Of a stretch of DNA of 64,000 bases, positions 1 through 8,245 are shown piece after piece (within the stretch, counting starts at the first letter, position 1; each line of letters starts with the position of its first letter). The DNA is taken from positions 35,200-99,199 of the forward strand of contig JBBQUV010000001.1 in the NCBI GenBank assembly GCA_038212075.1, in the 5' to 3' direction. The notes beneath the pieces are model-generated. The model did no database searches, was not told where the DNA came from, and worked only from the letters and a program-made list of their open reading frames with translations. The position numbers were made by a program, and so were the translations under genes. The stretch comes from Minisyncoccia bacterium. GTDB lineage: Bacteria > Patescibacteriota > Minisyncoccia > Phycocordibacterales > Phycocordibacteraceae.

Positions 1-430
1 CGCCTCCGCGGCAGTGGGTGACGAAGGGAAGGTATACGCAATAGATGTACAGGAAGATGTGCTCATACACCTAAAAGACGCGGCACAGCGCGCGGGACGA
101 AAAAATATTGAAACCATTTGGGGAAATTTTGAAAAACTAGGCGGTACCAAGCTTAAGGACGGTGTACTTGACGCAGTCATTCTCTCCAATGTGCTCTTTC
201 AAATTGAACACCACCAAGGCGCGCTCGCCGAAGTTTCGCGTGTCTTGAAACCAGATGGCAAAATACTGGTGATTGATTGGGCGGGTTCCTATAATGGGCT
301 TGGTCCTGCAACTCACCATGTCGTGAGCGAGCACCAAGCCGAAGAGTTATTTATTACCGCAGGGTTCCATAAGGCAAAAAGCTTCCGCGCGGGTCCCCAT
401 CACTACGGTATACTTTTCACAAAGCCATGA
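1..430 (+). CDS. SAM-dependent methyltransferase, C-terminal part (5' end lies outside window)
   Basis: The open frame runs to the window edge; class I methyltransferase-like C-terminal segments (DAVILSNVL, DGKILVIDW). Confidence 0.5.
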   Translation, partial: ASAAVGDEGKVYAIDVQEDVLIHLKDAAQRAGRKNIETIWGNFEKLGGTKLKDGVLDAVILSNVLFQIEHHQGALAEVSRVLKPDGKILVIDWAGSYNGLGPATHHVVSEHQAEELFITAGFHKAKSFRAGPHHYGILFTKP

Positions 431-1728
431 TGCACATGCGCCCATTCCAAATAATCCTTCTTGCCGTGTTTGCGGTGTCGGCGCTTGTTGGTCTGTACGT
501 GTTTTCCACCTTTAATGGGTTTGGCACCAGTGCCGCGCAGGTGGGAACGGTGGTTATCTGGGGCCCCCTTCCGCAGTCTGCGGTAGACAGTACGCTTAAC
601 ATATTGAAACAAGGGCACAAAGAGTATGCAAATGTTACGTACATAGAAAAACGAGCAGATACCTTTGATACCGAACTCGCAAATGCACTTGCTTCCGGCG
701 TCGGCCCCGACCTCATCATCATCAACCAAGAACAACTACTGACTGAAATTCCAAAAATCCAAACCATTCCGTACGCATCAATTCCACAGCGTACCTTTCT
801 TGATACCTTTCTTTCCCTTGATCAAATCTACTTAAACGCAACAGGTACTTACGGTATCCCTATTACCGTTGACCCTTTGGTGCTCTATTACAATCGCGCT
901 CTGCTCGCGTCTGCGGGAGTTCCAACACCGCCTGCCACATGGGAAGCGGTGGGGGGGCTTGTACCGCTTATTACTAAACAAAACGGAAGCCAAGTTATTT
1001 CCCGTAGTACGATTGCGCTTGGTAGCTACGGCAACATAACAAACGCACGAGCGATTCTTTCGCTTCTATTTCTTCAAGCGGGTTCAGTGGTAACTAAATC
1101 TACGCCACAAGGTATGCGATCTACCCTTGGCGAAACGGCAACGAGTGGCGGTGTCGCAACGCCGGCACAAGCGGCGGTAAATTTCTACACGCAGTTTGCA
1201 AACCCGGGGAAGACGGTCTATTCGTGGAATCCGTCGCTTTCGCCGTCGCGACAAGCGTTTACCACGGGCGACCTCGCACTCTATATTGGCTATGCATCGG
1301 AACTGTCGTCGCTGAAAGCGGCAAACCCAAACCTTTCGTTTGATATGGCGCCCATTCCAGAACCCGGCACAAGTGGCACGCGTAAAAACTATGGTCTTGG
1401 GTACGCATTCGCTATTCCAAAAGTTTCGAAAAACACGAGCGGAGCGTACCTTCTTGCAACGGCATTTGTTGACGATATTGCGCTAAAGTCACTTTCCGCT
1501 TCGCTTGGTATGGCGCCGGCAAAGCGAGCGCTCCTTACATTGGATCCCTCAAACCCCTACACCGCGGTGTACTACCCAGAGGCGCTGAATACCGCAGGCT
1601 GGCTTTCCCCAGCGCCATCTGCGGTAGACACCATCTTCTCTGCTATGATTAACAATATAACTTCTGGCCGCTATGATGCTTCACAAGCGCTCACTGCCGC
1701 GGATCAATCCCTCAATGCCGCATTTTAA
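427..1728 (+). CDS. extracellular solute-binding protein (ABC-transporter substrate-binding family 1-like), N-terminal TM anchor
   Basis: 433 aa with a signal/anchor helix; periplasmic binding-protein-like segments (VVIWGPLP, DLIIINQEQL, YYNRALL). ATGA overlap with the upstream gene. Confidence 0.45.
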   Translation: MMHMRPFQIILLAVFAVSALVGLYVFSTFNGFGTSAAQVGTVVIWGPLPQSAVDSTLNILKQGHKEYANVTYIEKRADTFDTELANALASGVGPDLIIINQEQLLTEIPKIQTIPYASIPQRTFLDTFLSLDQIYLNATGTYGIPITVDPLVLYYNRALLASAGVPTPPATWEAVGGLVPLITKQNGSQVISRSTIALGSYGNITNARAILSLLFLQAGSVVTKSTPQGMRSTLGETATSGGVATPAQAAVNFYTQFANPGKTVYSWNPSLSPSRQAFTTGDLALYIGYASELSSLKAANPNLSFDMAPIPEPGTSGTRKNYGLGYAFAIPKVSKNTSGAYLLATAFVDDIALKSLSASLGMAPAKRALLTLDPSNPYTAVYYPEALNTAGWLSPAPSAVDTIFSAMINNITSGRYDASQALTAADQSLNAAF

Positions 1729-1732
1729 TACC

Positions 1733-2125
1733 ATGCTGAAGCGAGCACGTCCCTATATATTTGTGGTACTGTTTTTCGCGTTTTTCGCACTCCCTGCAAT
1801 CAGTGTTTTTGCAGCTGATGGTAACGCGCTTCCCACAAGTCCGGATGGAACGAGCTGTGCAAATGGCACACTTTGTAATCCGCTCCAAAGTGCCACCATT
1901 CAAGATTTACTTGGAAAAGTGCTTGATGCAGTTATCGCTATTGGTACCGTGGTCGTTACTATCATGCTTGTTTACTGTGGGTTCCTCTTTGTTGTTGCGC
2001 AAGGTAATGAAGAAAAAGTGCGTGATGCTCGTTCCGCGCTTGTGTGGACGGTCATCGGCGCGCTCATACTTCTTGGCGCAAAGGTAATTTCAACCATCAT
2101 TAGCGCTACGGTGGCGACCCTATGA
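1733..2125 (+). CDS. TrbC/VirB2-like (T4SS pilin-like) small membrane protein, paralog 1
   Basis: Signal peptide MLKRARPYIFVVLFFAFFALPAISVFA, then two TM helices joined by a charged loop (AQGNEEKVRDARS). The internal ATG at 1733 is preferred over the ORF-track start at 1673, which overlaps the upstream gene. Confidence 0.6.
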   Translation: MLKRARPYIFVVLFFAFFALPAISVFAADGNALPTSPDGTSCANGTLCNPLQSATIQDLLGKVLDAVIAIGTVVVTIMLVYCGFLFVVAQGNEEKVRDARSALVWTVIGALILLGAKVISTIISATVATL

Positions 2126-2376
2126 TTCAAACCAGCGGACAGACCTTTTTGGGGCTTACCAACAACCTCGTTGCATTTGTAGACGGTTCGGTTATTCCGC
2201 TTCTCGGCGCGCTAGCGTTCGTGTTTTTTCTTATTGGTATGGTGCGCTTCTTTTTCTCACAGAGCGACGAAAATCGCGAGAAGGGAAGGCAGTTTGCACT
2301 TTGGGGCATGGTCGGACTTGTCGTTATTTTTACGGTATGGGGCGTCGTTACTCTATTTGTAGGTGCCCTTCAATAG
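2122..2376 (+). CDS. TrbC/VirB2-like small membrane protein, paralog 2 (no signal peptide)
   Basis: 84 aa, two TM helices with loop SQSDENREKGRQ; ATGA start/stop overlap with paralog 1. Confidence 0.55.
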   Translation: MIQTSGQTFLGLTNNLVAFVDGSVIPLLGALAFVFFLIGMVRFFFSQSDENREKGRQFALWGMVGLVVIFTVWGVVTLFVGALQ

Positions 2377-2427
2377 AACGGGGATAATGAATTGCGCTTT
2401 CACCGCTCCCTGCTACCCTTTGACTAT

Positions 2428-2844
2428 ATGAAAAAAATCGCACTAAAAAGTTCGCTCGCACTTGCGCTCGTCGCAGTGCCGTTTCTAGCGTTTGCTGATA
2501 CTACAAGTGGCACCGTGGGCGGGAAAATCACCACGTTCATAAACTTTTTGAATGCATCCCTTGTTCCTCTTATTTTTGCGGTAGCGTTTATTGTCTTTCT
2601 GTACTTTATATTTCAGTATTTTATTCTCGGTTCAGGCAACGAGGAAAAACTGAAAGAAGGGCGTATGTTTTTGCTCTACAGCATCATTGGTTTTGTCGTG
2701 ATGCTTTCGATATGGGGAATCGTGAATTTGTTTTACTACTCCCTTGATTTTGGTTCACAAAATCATCCAAATTTACCGACGTTTGGAACGGGAAGTGGCA
2801 ATTCCAGTAGTAGTTCAAATAGTCCCGTCAATAACAGCATCTAA
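2428..2844 (+). CDS. TrbC/VirB2-like small membrane protein, paralog 3
   Basis: Signal peptide MKKIALKSSLALALVAVPFLAFA, two TM helices and loop GSGNEEKLKEGR; Ser/Asn-rich C-terminal tail. Confidence 0.6.
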   Translation: MKKIALKSSLALALVAVPFLAFADTTSGTVGGKITTFINFLNASLVPLIFAVAFIVFLYFIFQYFILGSGNEEKLKEGRMFLLYSIIGFVVMLSIWGIVNLFYYSLDFGSQNHPNLPTFGTGSGNSSSSSNSPVNNSI

Positions 2845-2933
2845 TATAATCATCTTGTCCACAGAACCGTAATACCTGCATTGACTTCGTACCAAAGCCG
2901 ATTACCCTTATACCTATAGCCCTAAATACCATT

Positions 2934-3296
2934 ATGAAGAAACTTGCTTATCTCGGTGCTTCCTTTGCGCTTCCAATGCTCGCCTTTGCGCAGGCACAGA
3001 ACGTACAACAACTTGGTGATACTGTTATCCGAATTATCAACACGACGCTCGTACCGCTCGTGTTTGCTCTCGCCTTCATTGTTTTCCTTTGGGGCGTATT
3101 CCAGTTCTTCATCGCGGGTGCAAGCGACGAAGAGAAGCGCGAAGGCGGAAAGTCGTTGATGATCTACGGCTTCATCGGCTTTTTCGTGATGGTGTCCGTT
3201 TGGGGTATTGTGAACCTCCTTGTTGGAACCTTCAACCTTAACTCAAACGCTCCAGTGCAGTATCCGGGTGCTCCGTACACTCAGTCAGGGAATTAA
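2934..3296 (+). CDS. TrbC/VirB2-like small membrane protein, paralog 4
   Basis: Signal peptide MKKLAYLGASFALPMLAFAQA, two TM helices with loop AGASDEEKREGGKS. Confidence 0.65.
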   Translation: MKKLAYLGASFALPMLAFAQAQNVQQLGDTVIRIINTTLVPLVFALAFIVFLWGVFQFFIAGASDEEKREGGKSLMIYGFIGFFVMVSVWGIVNLLVGTFNLNSNAPVQYPGAPYTQSGN

Positions 3297-3313
3297 CGTT
3301 TTTTGAAAAGAAA

Positions 3314-3341
3314 ACCCCCGCCTTAGCGGGGATTTTCTTTT
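3314..3341 (+). terminator. rho-independent terminator
   Basis: ccccgc-ctta-gcgggg hairpin followed by attttctttt. Confidence 0.7.
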
Positions 3342-3389
3342 ACCCACGCACCTCTTTTATCCTGCGGGCTAGCGCCGTATACTAAGGAC

Positions 3390-3701
3390 ATGAAGAAACT
3401 TGCTTATCTCGGTGCGTCCTTTGCTCTTCCAATGCTCGCCTTTGCGCAGGCTAGTGGAGAAAACGCTTCGCAATTTTTTGACAACATAAAAACAAATATT
3501 GTTAACCCTATTATCACGCTTATCGCACTTGCCGCATTCGTAGTGTTTATATGGGGCGTTGTGGAATTTATTCGCAGTGCTGACGACGCGGAGAAGCGAG
3601 GAACCGGCCAACAGCATATGATATGGGGTATTGCCGGTCTCGTTATTATCTTTGGGGCAAACGCTATCATCGCTATTTTAAAAAATACATTTGGGTTGTA
3701 G
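3390..3701 (+). CDS. TrbC/VirB2-like small membrane protein, paralog 5
   Basis: The first 21 codons are nearly identical in nucleotide sequence to paralog 4; two TM helices, loop SADDAEKRGTGQQ. Confidence 0.65.
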   Translation: MKKLAYLGASFALPMLAFAQASGENASQFFDNIKTNIVNPIITLIALAAFVVFIWGVVEFIRSADDAEKRGTGQQHMIWGIAGLVIIFGANAIIAILKNTFGL

Positions 3702-3765
3702 AAAAAAAGAAGACCCGACGCTGTTGCGTAAGGTCTTCAAGGTGTTGACCCACTTGGGTCAAAGA

Positions 3766-4290
3766 TCAGTTGGGCGACGAGGTTTCATCCTCGCAGCTGA
3801 GCGTCTGCACTTGATTGGATGTGTTTTCGACAAATCCGACCAACCACAGCTGGATATTTTTGCCGCGTTCATTGACGCAGGTTCCACCCACCCTGTCGCA
3901 GATACGAAAGGTGTTGGGTGAAGGCGGCGGGGTGAAATTGAATGCACCCACCGGTCTGAACTTTGCAAAATGACCCGGCTGCAAGTACCGCATGACTTTG
4001 TCGGGGCCTTGGCATTTGCACGCCTTCTCCCCGTTTATGCCGCATACATGTGTCTGCCTATCGGCTTCCACAATCGCATTCACGGCGTCCTGCTGTGCCT
4101 GCTGTTGAGCCGCAACAATTGCTTGCCGCGACTCTTCCTGCAAGCCGAACCATTTGCTCCCAGCCGACACAATGACAACGAAGGCCACGAGGCCGATGAT
4201 TCCCCATTTGATGATCATATCGATGAATTGTTTTTGGGAAATTGCTGGTGTTGGTGGCGGTGTTGGCGCCGCCGGTGTGCTTGTTGACAT
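3766..4290 (-). CDS. hypothetical membrane-anchored protein with Cys-rich C-terminal domain
   Basis: 174 aa; Pro/Thr-rich N-terminus, one TM helix, six Cys in the C-terminal half. Its start overlaps the stop of the upstream SPFH gene, so they form an operon. Confidence 0.5.
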   Translation of the reverse strand: MSTSTPAAPTPPPTPAISQKQFIDMIIKWGIIGLVAFVVIVSAGSKWFGLQEESRQAIVAAQQQAQQDAVNAIVEADRQTHVCGINGEKACKCQGPDKVMRYLQPGHFAKFRPVGAFNFTPPPSPNTFRICDRVGGTCVNERGKNIQLWLVGFVENTSNQVQTLSCEDETSSPN

Positions 4291-4292
4291 GA

Positions 4293-5525
4293 CTATCTCC
4301 TCACGGGACGATTGTTGTTGACTGTTGGTTTTCTCGCTTCAAATGTTGGCTTGGGTGCCGGTGGCGGTTCGCCACCGATTTTCCGTGCCAAAGCATCTGC
4401 AACGGGCTTGAGTACTCCGTTAATGGCGGCGTTCGCGTCGAGGTCTTTGATACCGAAAACGGTTTCGTCGACTTTTCGAGTAGTTGCCAAGCCCATTTGC
4501 ATCTCGACGCTGGTAAGTGCGTCTTTGATGTTTATGCCGCTTGCAACCTGATCATCGACCATTTTTTTGATGGCCAGATTCTGCTCTATCTTCGCCGCCA
4601 TTTCGTCGGCTTGGTTTGCCTTAGCGAGAGCAGCCTCACGACGAGACTTCGGAATGTCAAAATATTCGACATCCGCGCCAGTGATTTGTACGCCTCTTGC
4701 GAGTGCGTACGAAAGAAACTGGCCGGCACGGTCGGCGATGATCTGAACACTGTGTTCTCCATCGACGAACTTGTCTTTGTCATCGTATAGACTGTTGTAG
4801 AGCTGGGCGTGCCTCTCAGCACTTTCCAGTGTTCCGTCATCAATTGGAAGATTAACCCAGTCTTTGACGTCGTCCTTGAGGTCGACAGAATCCTCCGCTC
4901 TTTTGAGTTGGTTCACAAAAAAGCGAATAACTGATTTGAACTCAAGGTCCAGAAGTGTGTCGATGGCCTTGACTTCTGTAAGCGACAGAACGGGATTTAC
5001 CGTCCTGCGGGTGAAGAACGCATTGGTCTCCACCTTCAAGTTATCGCCACCGGCGAGGTCGAAGAACGGTTCCGGATTGACCGGGTATTCCCGCATTTCA
5101 ACCGGAACACTTCCTTCAATTCCCGGTATACGCGGATGAATACCTGCGGTAAGCAGGGCGCCATCCGGTTTACCGAAGCGCGTTGAGACGCCTTCGCTAC
5201 CAAGCGGTACCTCGTTTGCCGCATTTGACGACTCACGCATGATCACGCGTATGACGTTGCCGCCCACGACGATCAAAACGATAAGTGCAATCGTGGCTGA
5301 GAAGTAGAAGGCAATCACGGCCGCAAAGGGAATCGCAACTGCGAACCCAGTAATGGCCGAGATGATACCGACACGCTTGAGACTTTCCCAAGGTGTAATG
5401 AGTGTGCCAGGCGCTGGTGCCGCCGCCCCTGGGGCGATACGGACAAACGCAAGCACCTCCGTGCGATATCGAAGTGCCAGAACTGCCATAAGCAGAACTG
5501 CCACGATGATTGCGATCGTTGCCAT
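4293..5525 (-). CDS. SPFH/band-7 (stomatin/flotillin-like) membrane protein
   Basis: 410 aa; N-terminal TM helices followed by an SPFH-like core and an Ala/Glu-rich coiled segment (REAALAKANQADEMAAKIEQ). Confidence 0.55.
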   Translation of the reverse strand: MATIAIIVAVLLMAVLALRYRTEVLAFVRIAPGAAAPAPGTLITPWESLKRVGIISAITGFAVAIPFAAVIAFYFSATIALIVLIVVGGNVIRVIMRESSNAANEVPLGSEGVSTRFGKPDGALLTAGIHPRIPGIEGSVPVEMREYPVNPEPFFDLAGGDNLKVETNAFFTRRTVNPVLSLTEVKAIDTLLDLEFKSVIRFFVNQLKRAEDSVDLKDDVKDWVNLPIDDGTLESAERHAQLYNSLYDDKDKFVDGEHSVQIIADRAGQFLSYALARGVQITGADVEYFDIPKSRREAALAKANQADEMAAKIEQNLAIKKMVDDQVASGINIKDALTSVEMQMGLATTRKVDETVFGIKDLDANAAINGVLKPVADALARKIGGEPPPAPKPTFEARKPTVNNNRPVRR

Positions 5526-5588
5526 GATTTTGCCCCTCCTTAGGGCGGTGCTATGAGATTTTCAAGGGCACAACGCCCACCATGGACT

Positions 5589-5617
5589 ATTATACTACTA
5601 CACAGTATATATGTCAA
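5589..5617 (-). promoter_or_regulatory. consensus sigma70-type promoter driving the SPFH operon
   Basis: On the minus strand: TTGACA, a 17-nt spacer, then TATAAT, about 60 nt upstream of the 5525 start codon. Confidence 0.6.
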
Positions 5618-5667
5618 GTGCTCACATAGCCCGTAGCTACAGGGTTTTTAGCCTGTTCTAAACAAAG

Positions 5668-5749
5668 TGCTGGGGAGAGGACTTGAACCTCCATCCCTTG
5701 CGGGGCCAGCTCCTAAGGCTGGTGCGTCTACCAATTTCGCCACCCCAGC
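5668..5749 (-). tRNA. tRNA-Leu (anticodon TAG)
   Basis: Cloverleaf read by eye: acceptor GCTGGGG/CCCCAGC, anticodon loop CTTAGGA, long variable arm, T-loop TTCAAGT. No encoded CCA. Confidence 0.8.
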
Positions 5750-5837
5750 ACTTTGGTCGGAACAGATCTTCCCATTGACGATACCATTCCTTAGATGTAA
5801 TTGAAAAAGCTCAGTTGTTTGCTACGATGCATGGTAC

Positions 5838-5910
5838 GCGCCTATAGCTCAGTTGGTAGAGCAGATCCCTCTTAAGGATAAGGTCCCTGGTTCGAGCCCA
5901 GGTAGGCGCA
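5838..5910 (+). tRNA. tRNA-Lys (anticodon CTT)
   Basis: Acceptor GCGCCTA/TAGGCGC, anticodon loop CTCTTAA, T-arm CCTGG-TTCGAGC-CCAGG. Confidence 0.75.
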
Positions 5911-5936
5911 CAAAGTATTTCTAGCCACCAAAACAA

Positions 5937-5963
5937 AAACAGCACGTACGTGCTGTTTTTGTT
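5937..5963 (+). terminator. rho-independent terminator after tRNA-Lys
   Basis: cagcacg/cgtgctg palindrome followed by tttttgttt. Confidence 0.6.
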
Positions 5964-6039
5964 TACTATGTGACGAGGTGGCTCGGTCACGAGTTGCGGA
6001 CGGATTGCTCCAAGTATTCGCAATCCGTCTCGCACTCTC

Positions 6040-6124
6040 GACCCGGGCTCGCCGTTGCTTCGCAACAAGGCTGTGCCTTTCGAGTCTCACACGCACGACG
6101 CGCAGGCGTCGTGCTCCTCGGCAC
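6040..6124 (+). repeat. structured element with an inverted copy of the tRNA-Leu(TAA) T-arm and acceptor 3' end, plus a hairpin insertion
   Basis: CTCGCCGT, a hairpin, GCTGTGCC, TTCGAGTCTCAC (matches the T-loop/stem of the adjacent minus-strand tRNA), hairpin gcacgacgcgcaggcgtcgtgc, then TCCTCGGCA (acceptor 3' side). Same layout as the elements at 13427-13505 and 29165-29277. Confidence 0.5.
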
Positions 6125-6147
6125 ATAACTGCGCTTCGCTTGCTCTG

Positions 6148-6236
6148 TGCCGAGGGTGAGACTCGAACTCACATGAGGTGTTTAAAGACCTCTAGGGATT
6201 TTAAGTCCCCTACGTCTACCATTCCGTCACCTCGGC
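6148..6236 (-). tRNA. tRNA-Leu (anticodon TAA)
   Basis: Acceptor GCCGAGG/CCTCGGC, anticodon stem GGGGA/TCCCT with loop CTTAAAA, long variable arm, T-loop TTCGAGT. Confidence 0.8.
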
Positions 6237-6248
6237 AAAACGCACAGG

Positions 6249-6320
6249 AGGCCTGGGGGGGAATCGAACCCCCGCATGTAGGATTTGCAGTCCCAAGTGT
6301 TACCACTTCACCACCAGGCC
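6249..6320 (-). tRNA. tRNA-Cys (anticodon GCA)
   Basis: Acceptor GGCCTGG/CCAGGCC, discriminator U, anticodon loop CTGCAAA, T-arm GGGGG-TTCGATT-CCCCC. Confidence 0.8.
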
Positions 6321-6330
6321 TTGGGTTTGA

Positions 6331-6690
6331 TTATAACTGTTTGCCTAATTCATCCAAGTGCTGGCGATTGCGCTCGCCAGCATCAAGAACAAACTGCACG
6401 CGAGGAAGTTCACGCGTGCGGGCGTGCTCACGCATATATTCACGAAATGCATCAGCGTTGCGATTCAAAAATTCAAGTGCGGTGGTGATTGCTTCATCGG
6501 GGAAAACGGTAACAAACACCGTCGCCCGTTCACCCTTGGAACCAAGTTCTGCGCGCGTGGCAGTGATAAGTGACGTGCCGTTTGATTCGCGCACAATAAA
6601 GTCTGCCGCAAGGTGCGTAAGCAGTTCTTCTACGCGGTCGTGGTGGCGTTTACTGCGTGAATCGGGTCGTGGTGGCGGGGTGAAGTCCAT
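6331..6690 (-). CDS. rbfA: ribosome-binding factor A
   Basis: 119 aa lying immediately downstream of infB, the classic infB-rbfA order; RbfA-like length and charge pattern. Confidence 0.7.
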   Translation of the reverse strand: MDFTPPPRPDSRSKRHHDRVEELLTHLAADFIVRESNGTSLITATRAELGSKGERATVFVTVFPDEAITTALEFLNRNADAFREYMREHARTRELPRVQFVLDAGERNRQHLDELGKQL

Positions 6691-6691
6691 A

Positions 6692-8173
6692 TTACGATTT
6701 TACGACATGGAAGGCGATCACTACGTCACCACCGGCGAGTTCAGCTTTGGTTTCTATTTGCATACCAAAGTCGCCCTCTACGCGGATTTCTTGCACATCA
6801 ACACGTGCCTGCTGAAGATTCACTATTTTTCCGCGACCAATCTCTTCTTCGCGACGGGTCATTTTTACCAGTGCACCAACAGCAAGAGTACCGCTTATCA
6901 GTTTTGCACCAAGCACACGCTTGGTTGATGTTTCGCTAAACACTTTTAGGATTTTGGCTTCGCCAAGCATCACCTCCTTTGCAACCTGCGGTGCGCGTTC
7001 GGCAAGAAGCTCTGCAACGCGTTTGCCGAGGTCGTAAATAATGCTAAACGATTCAATGGAGACGCCAGAACGGTCGGCAAGCTCGCGTGCGGCACTGTCA
7101 GTGGCAACAGAGAAGGCGATAACAACACCGTTTGCGGCTTGTGCATTTTTTACGTCACCTTCGCCGACTGCACCAATACCTGCGGACATGATGCGAATAA
7201 CGGCGTTTTCATGAGTAATTTTTGCAATCTCGTGCTTAATAGCTTCAAGACTTCCCGTCACGTCTGTTTTTAGGATAAGCGGAAGCACGGTCTTTCCGTC
7301 TTCAATCACCTCAGCAGTCACTCCGCGCGATGAATCTTTTTTATTTTTTGCAACAAATGCTTCGGCCTCTTTTCTATTTTTTACCGTTACAAACGGCGTA
7401 CCAGCTGGGGGAAGGGCACTGAATCCAGAAACGCGTGCGGGGGAAGACGCTCCTGCTTCTTTCACGCGGTTGCCTGCGAAGTTTTCAATAAAACGTACGG
7501 GAGCATAGGCATCTTCTGCAACAACGTAGTCTCCAGTATTGAGCGTGCCGTTTTTAACAATGAGTGTTGCGGCAAGCCCTTGGCGTGCGTCTTGTGTTGA
7601 TTCAAGAATAAAGCCAGACGCAGGAAGTTCCGGGTCGGCGGTAAATTCTGCAAGATCGGCAGTGAGAAGTACAAGGTCAAGAAGTTCGGGTACGCCAGCA
7701 CCTGATTTTGAGGAAACTGCCGCGAAGGGAATAGCGCCACCAAGACCTTCTAGATACACGCCGTTTTCAAGGAGTGAATGTTTTGCGCGTTCCGCGTCGG
7801 CACCGTTTTTGTCTATTTTAGTGAACGCGACAACGAAAGGGATATTTGCTTCGGTGATTGCAGAAAGTGCTTCGAGCGTTTGCGGCTTCACCCCTTCATC
7901 TGCGGCAACCACAAGGATGGCGACATCCGCCGCTTGTGCGCCGCGCGCGCGAAGCGCGCGAAAAGCTTCGTGTCCCGGTGTATCAAGAAAAGTGATGTTG
8001 CGAAGTTTGCCCTCGTGTTCGTGCTGAGCTTCGTATGCAGAAACGTGTTGAGTGATGCCACCCGCTTCGCCTGCAGTTACGTTTGCTTTACGGATGTAGT
8101 CCAGCAAGGAAGACTTGCCGTGGTCGATGTGACCCATTACCGCCACTATGGGCGGGCGAGGTGTAGACGCCAT
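6692..8173 (-). CDS. infB: translation initiation factor IF-2 (short form without the N-terminal extension)
   Basis: GTP-binding motifs AVMGHIDHGKSS and DTPGH; the C-terminal IF-2 domains are present. Confidence 0.9.
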   Translation of the reverse strand: MASTPRPPIVAVMGHIDHGKSSLLDYIRKANVTAGEAGGITQHVSAYEAQHEHEGKLRNITFLDTPGHEAFRALRARGAQAADVAILVVAADEGVKPQTLEALSAITEANIPFVVAFTKIDKNGADAERAKHSLLENGVYLEGLGGAIPFAAVSSKSGAGVPELLDLVLLTADLAEFTADPELPASGFILESTQDARQGLAATLIVKNGTLNTGDYVVAEDAYAPVRFIENFAGNRVKEAGASSPARVSGFSALPPAGTPFVTVKNRKEAEAFVAKNKKDSSRGVTAEVIEDGKTVLPLILKTDVTGSLEAIKHEIAKITHENAVIRIMSAGIGAVGEGDVKNAQAANGVVIAFSVATDSAARELADRSGVSIESFSIIYDLGKRVAELLAERAPQVAKEVMLGEAKILKVFSETSTKRVLGAKLISGTLAVGALVKMTRREEEIGRGKIVNLQQARVDVQEIRVEGDFGMQIETKAELAGGDVVIAFHVVKS

Positions 8174-8245
8174 AATATGCTGATTTCAGCACGAAAAATG
8201 GTTGTTTGCAATCGCATCTCTATAATTATTTGGTAGTCTATTGAG

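Noticed and set aside
5978-6928. 316-aa plus-strand ORF spanning the tRNA cluster and the rbfA region
   Set aside because: It overlaps two tRNA genes and the antisense of rbfA; its composition is Arg/Ser/Thr-rich and typical of out-of-frame GC-rich translation. It is explained by tRNAs plus a structured non-coding element.
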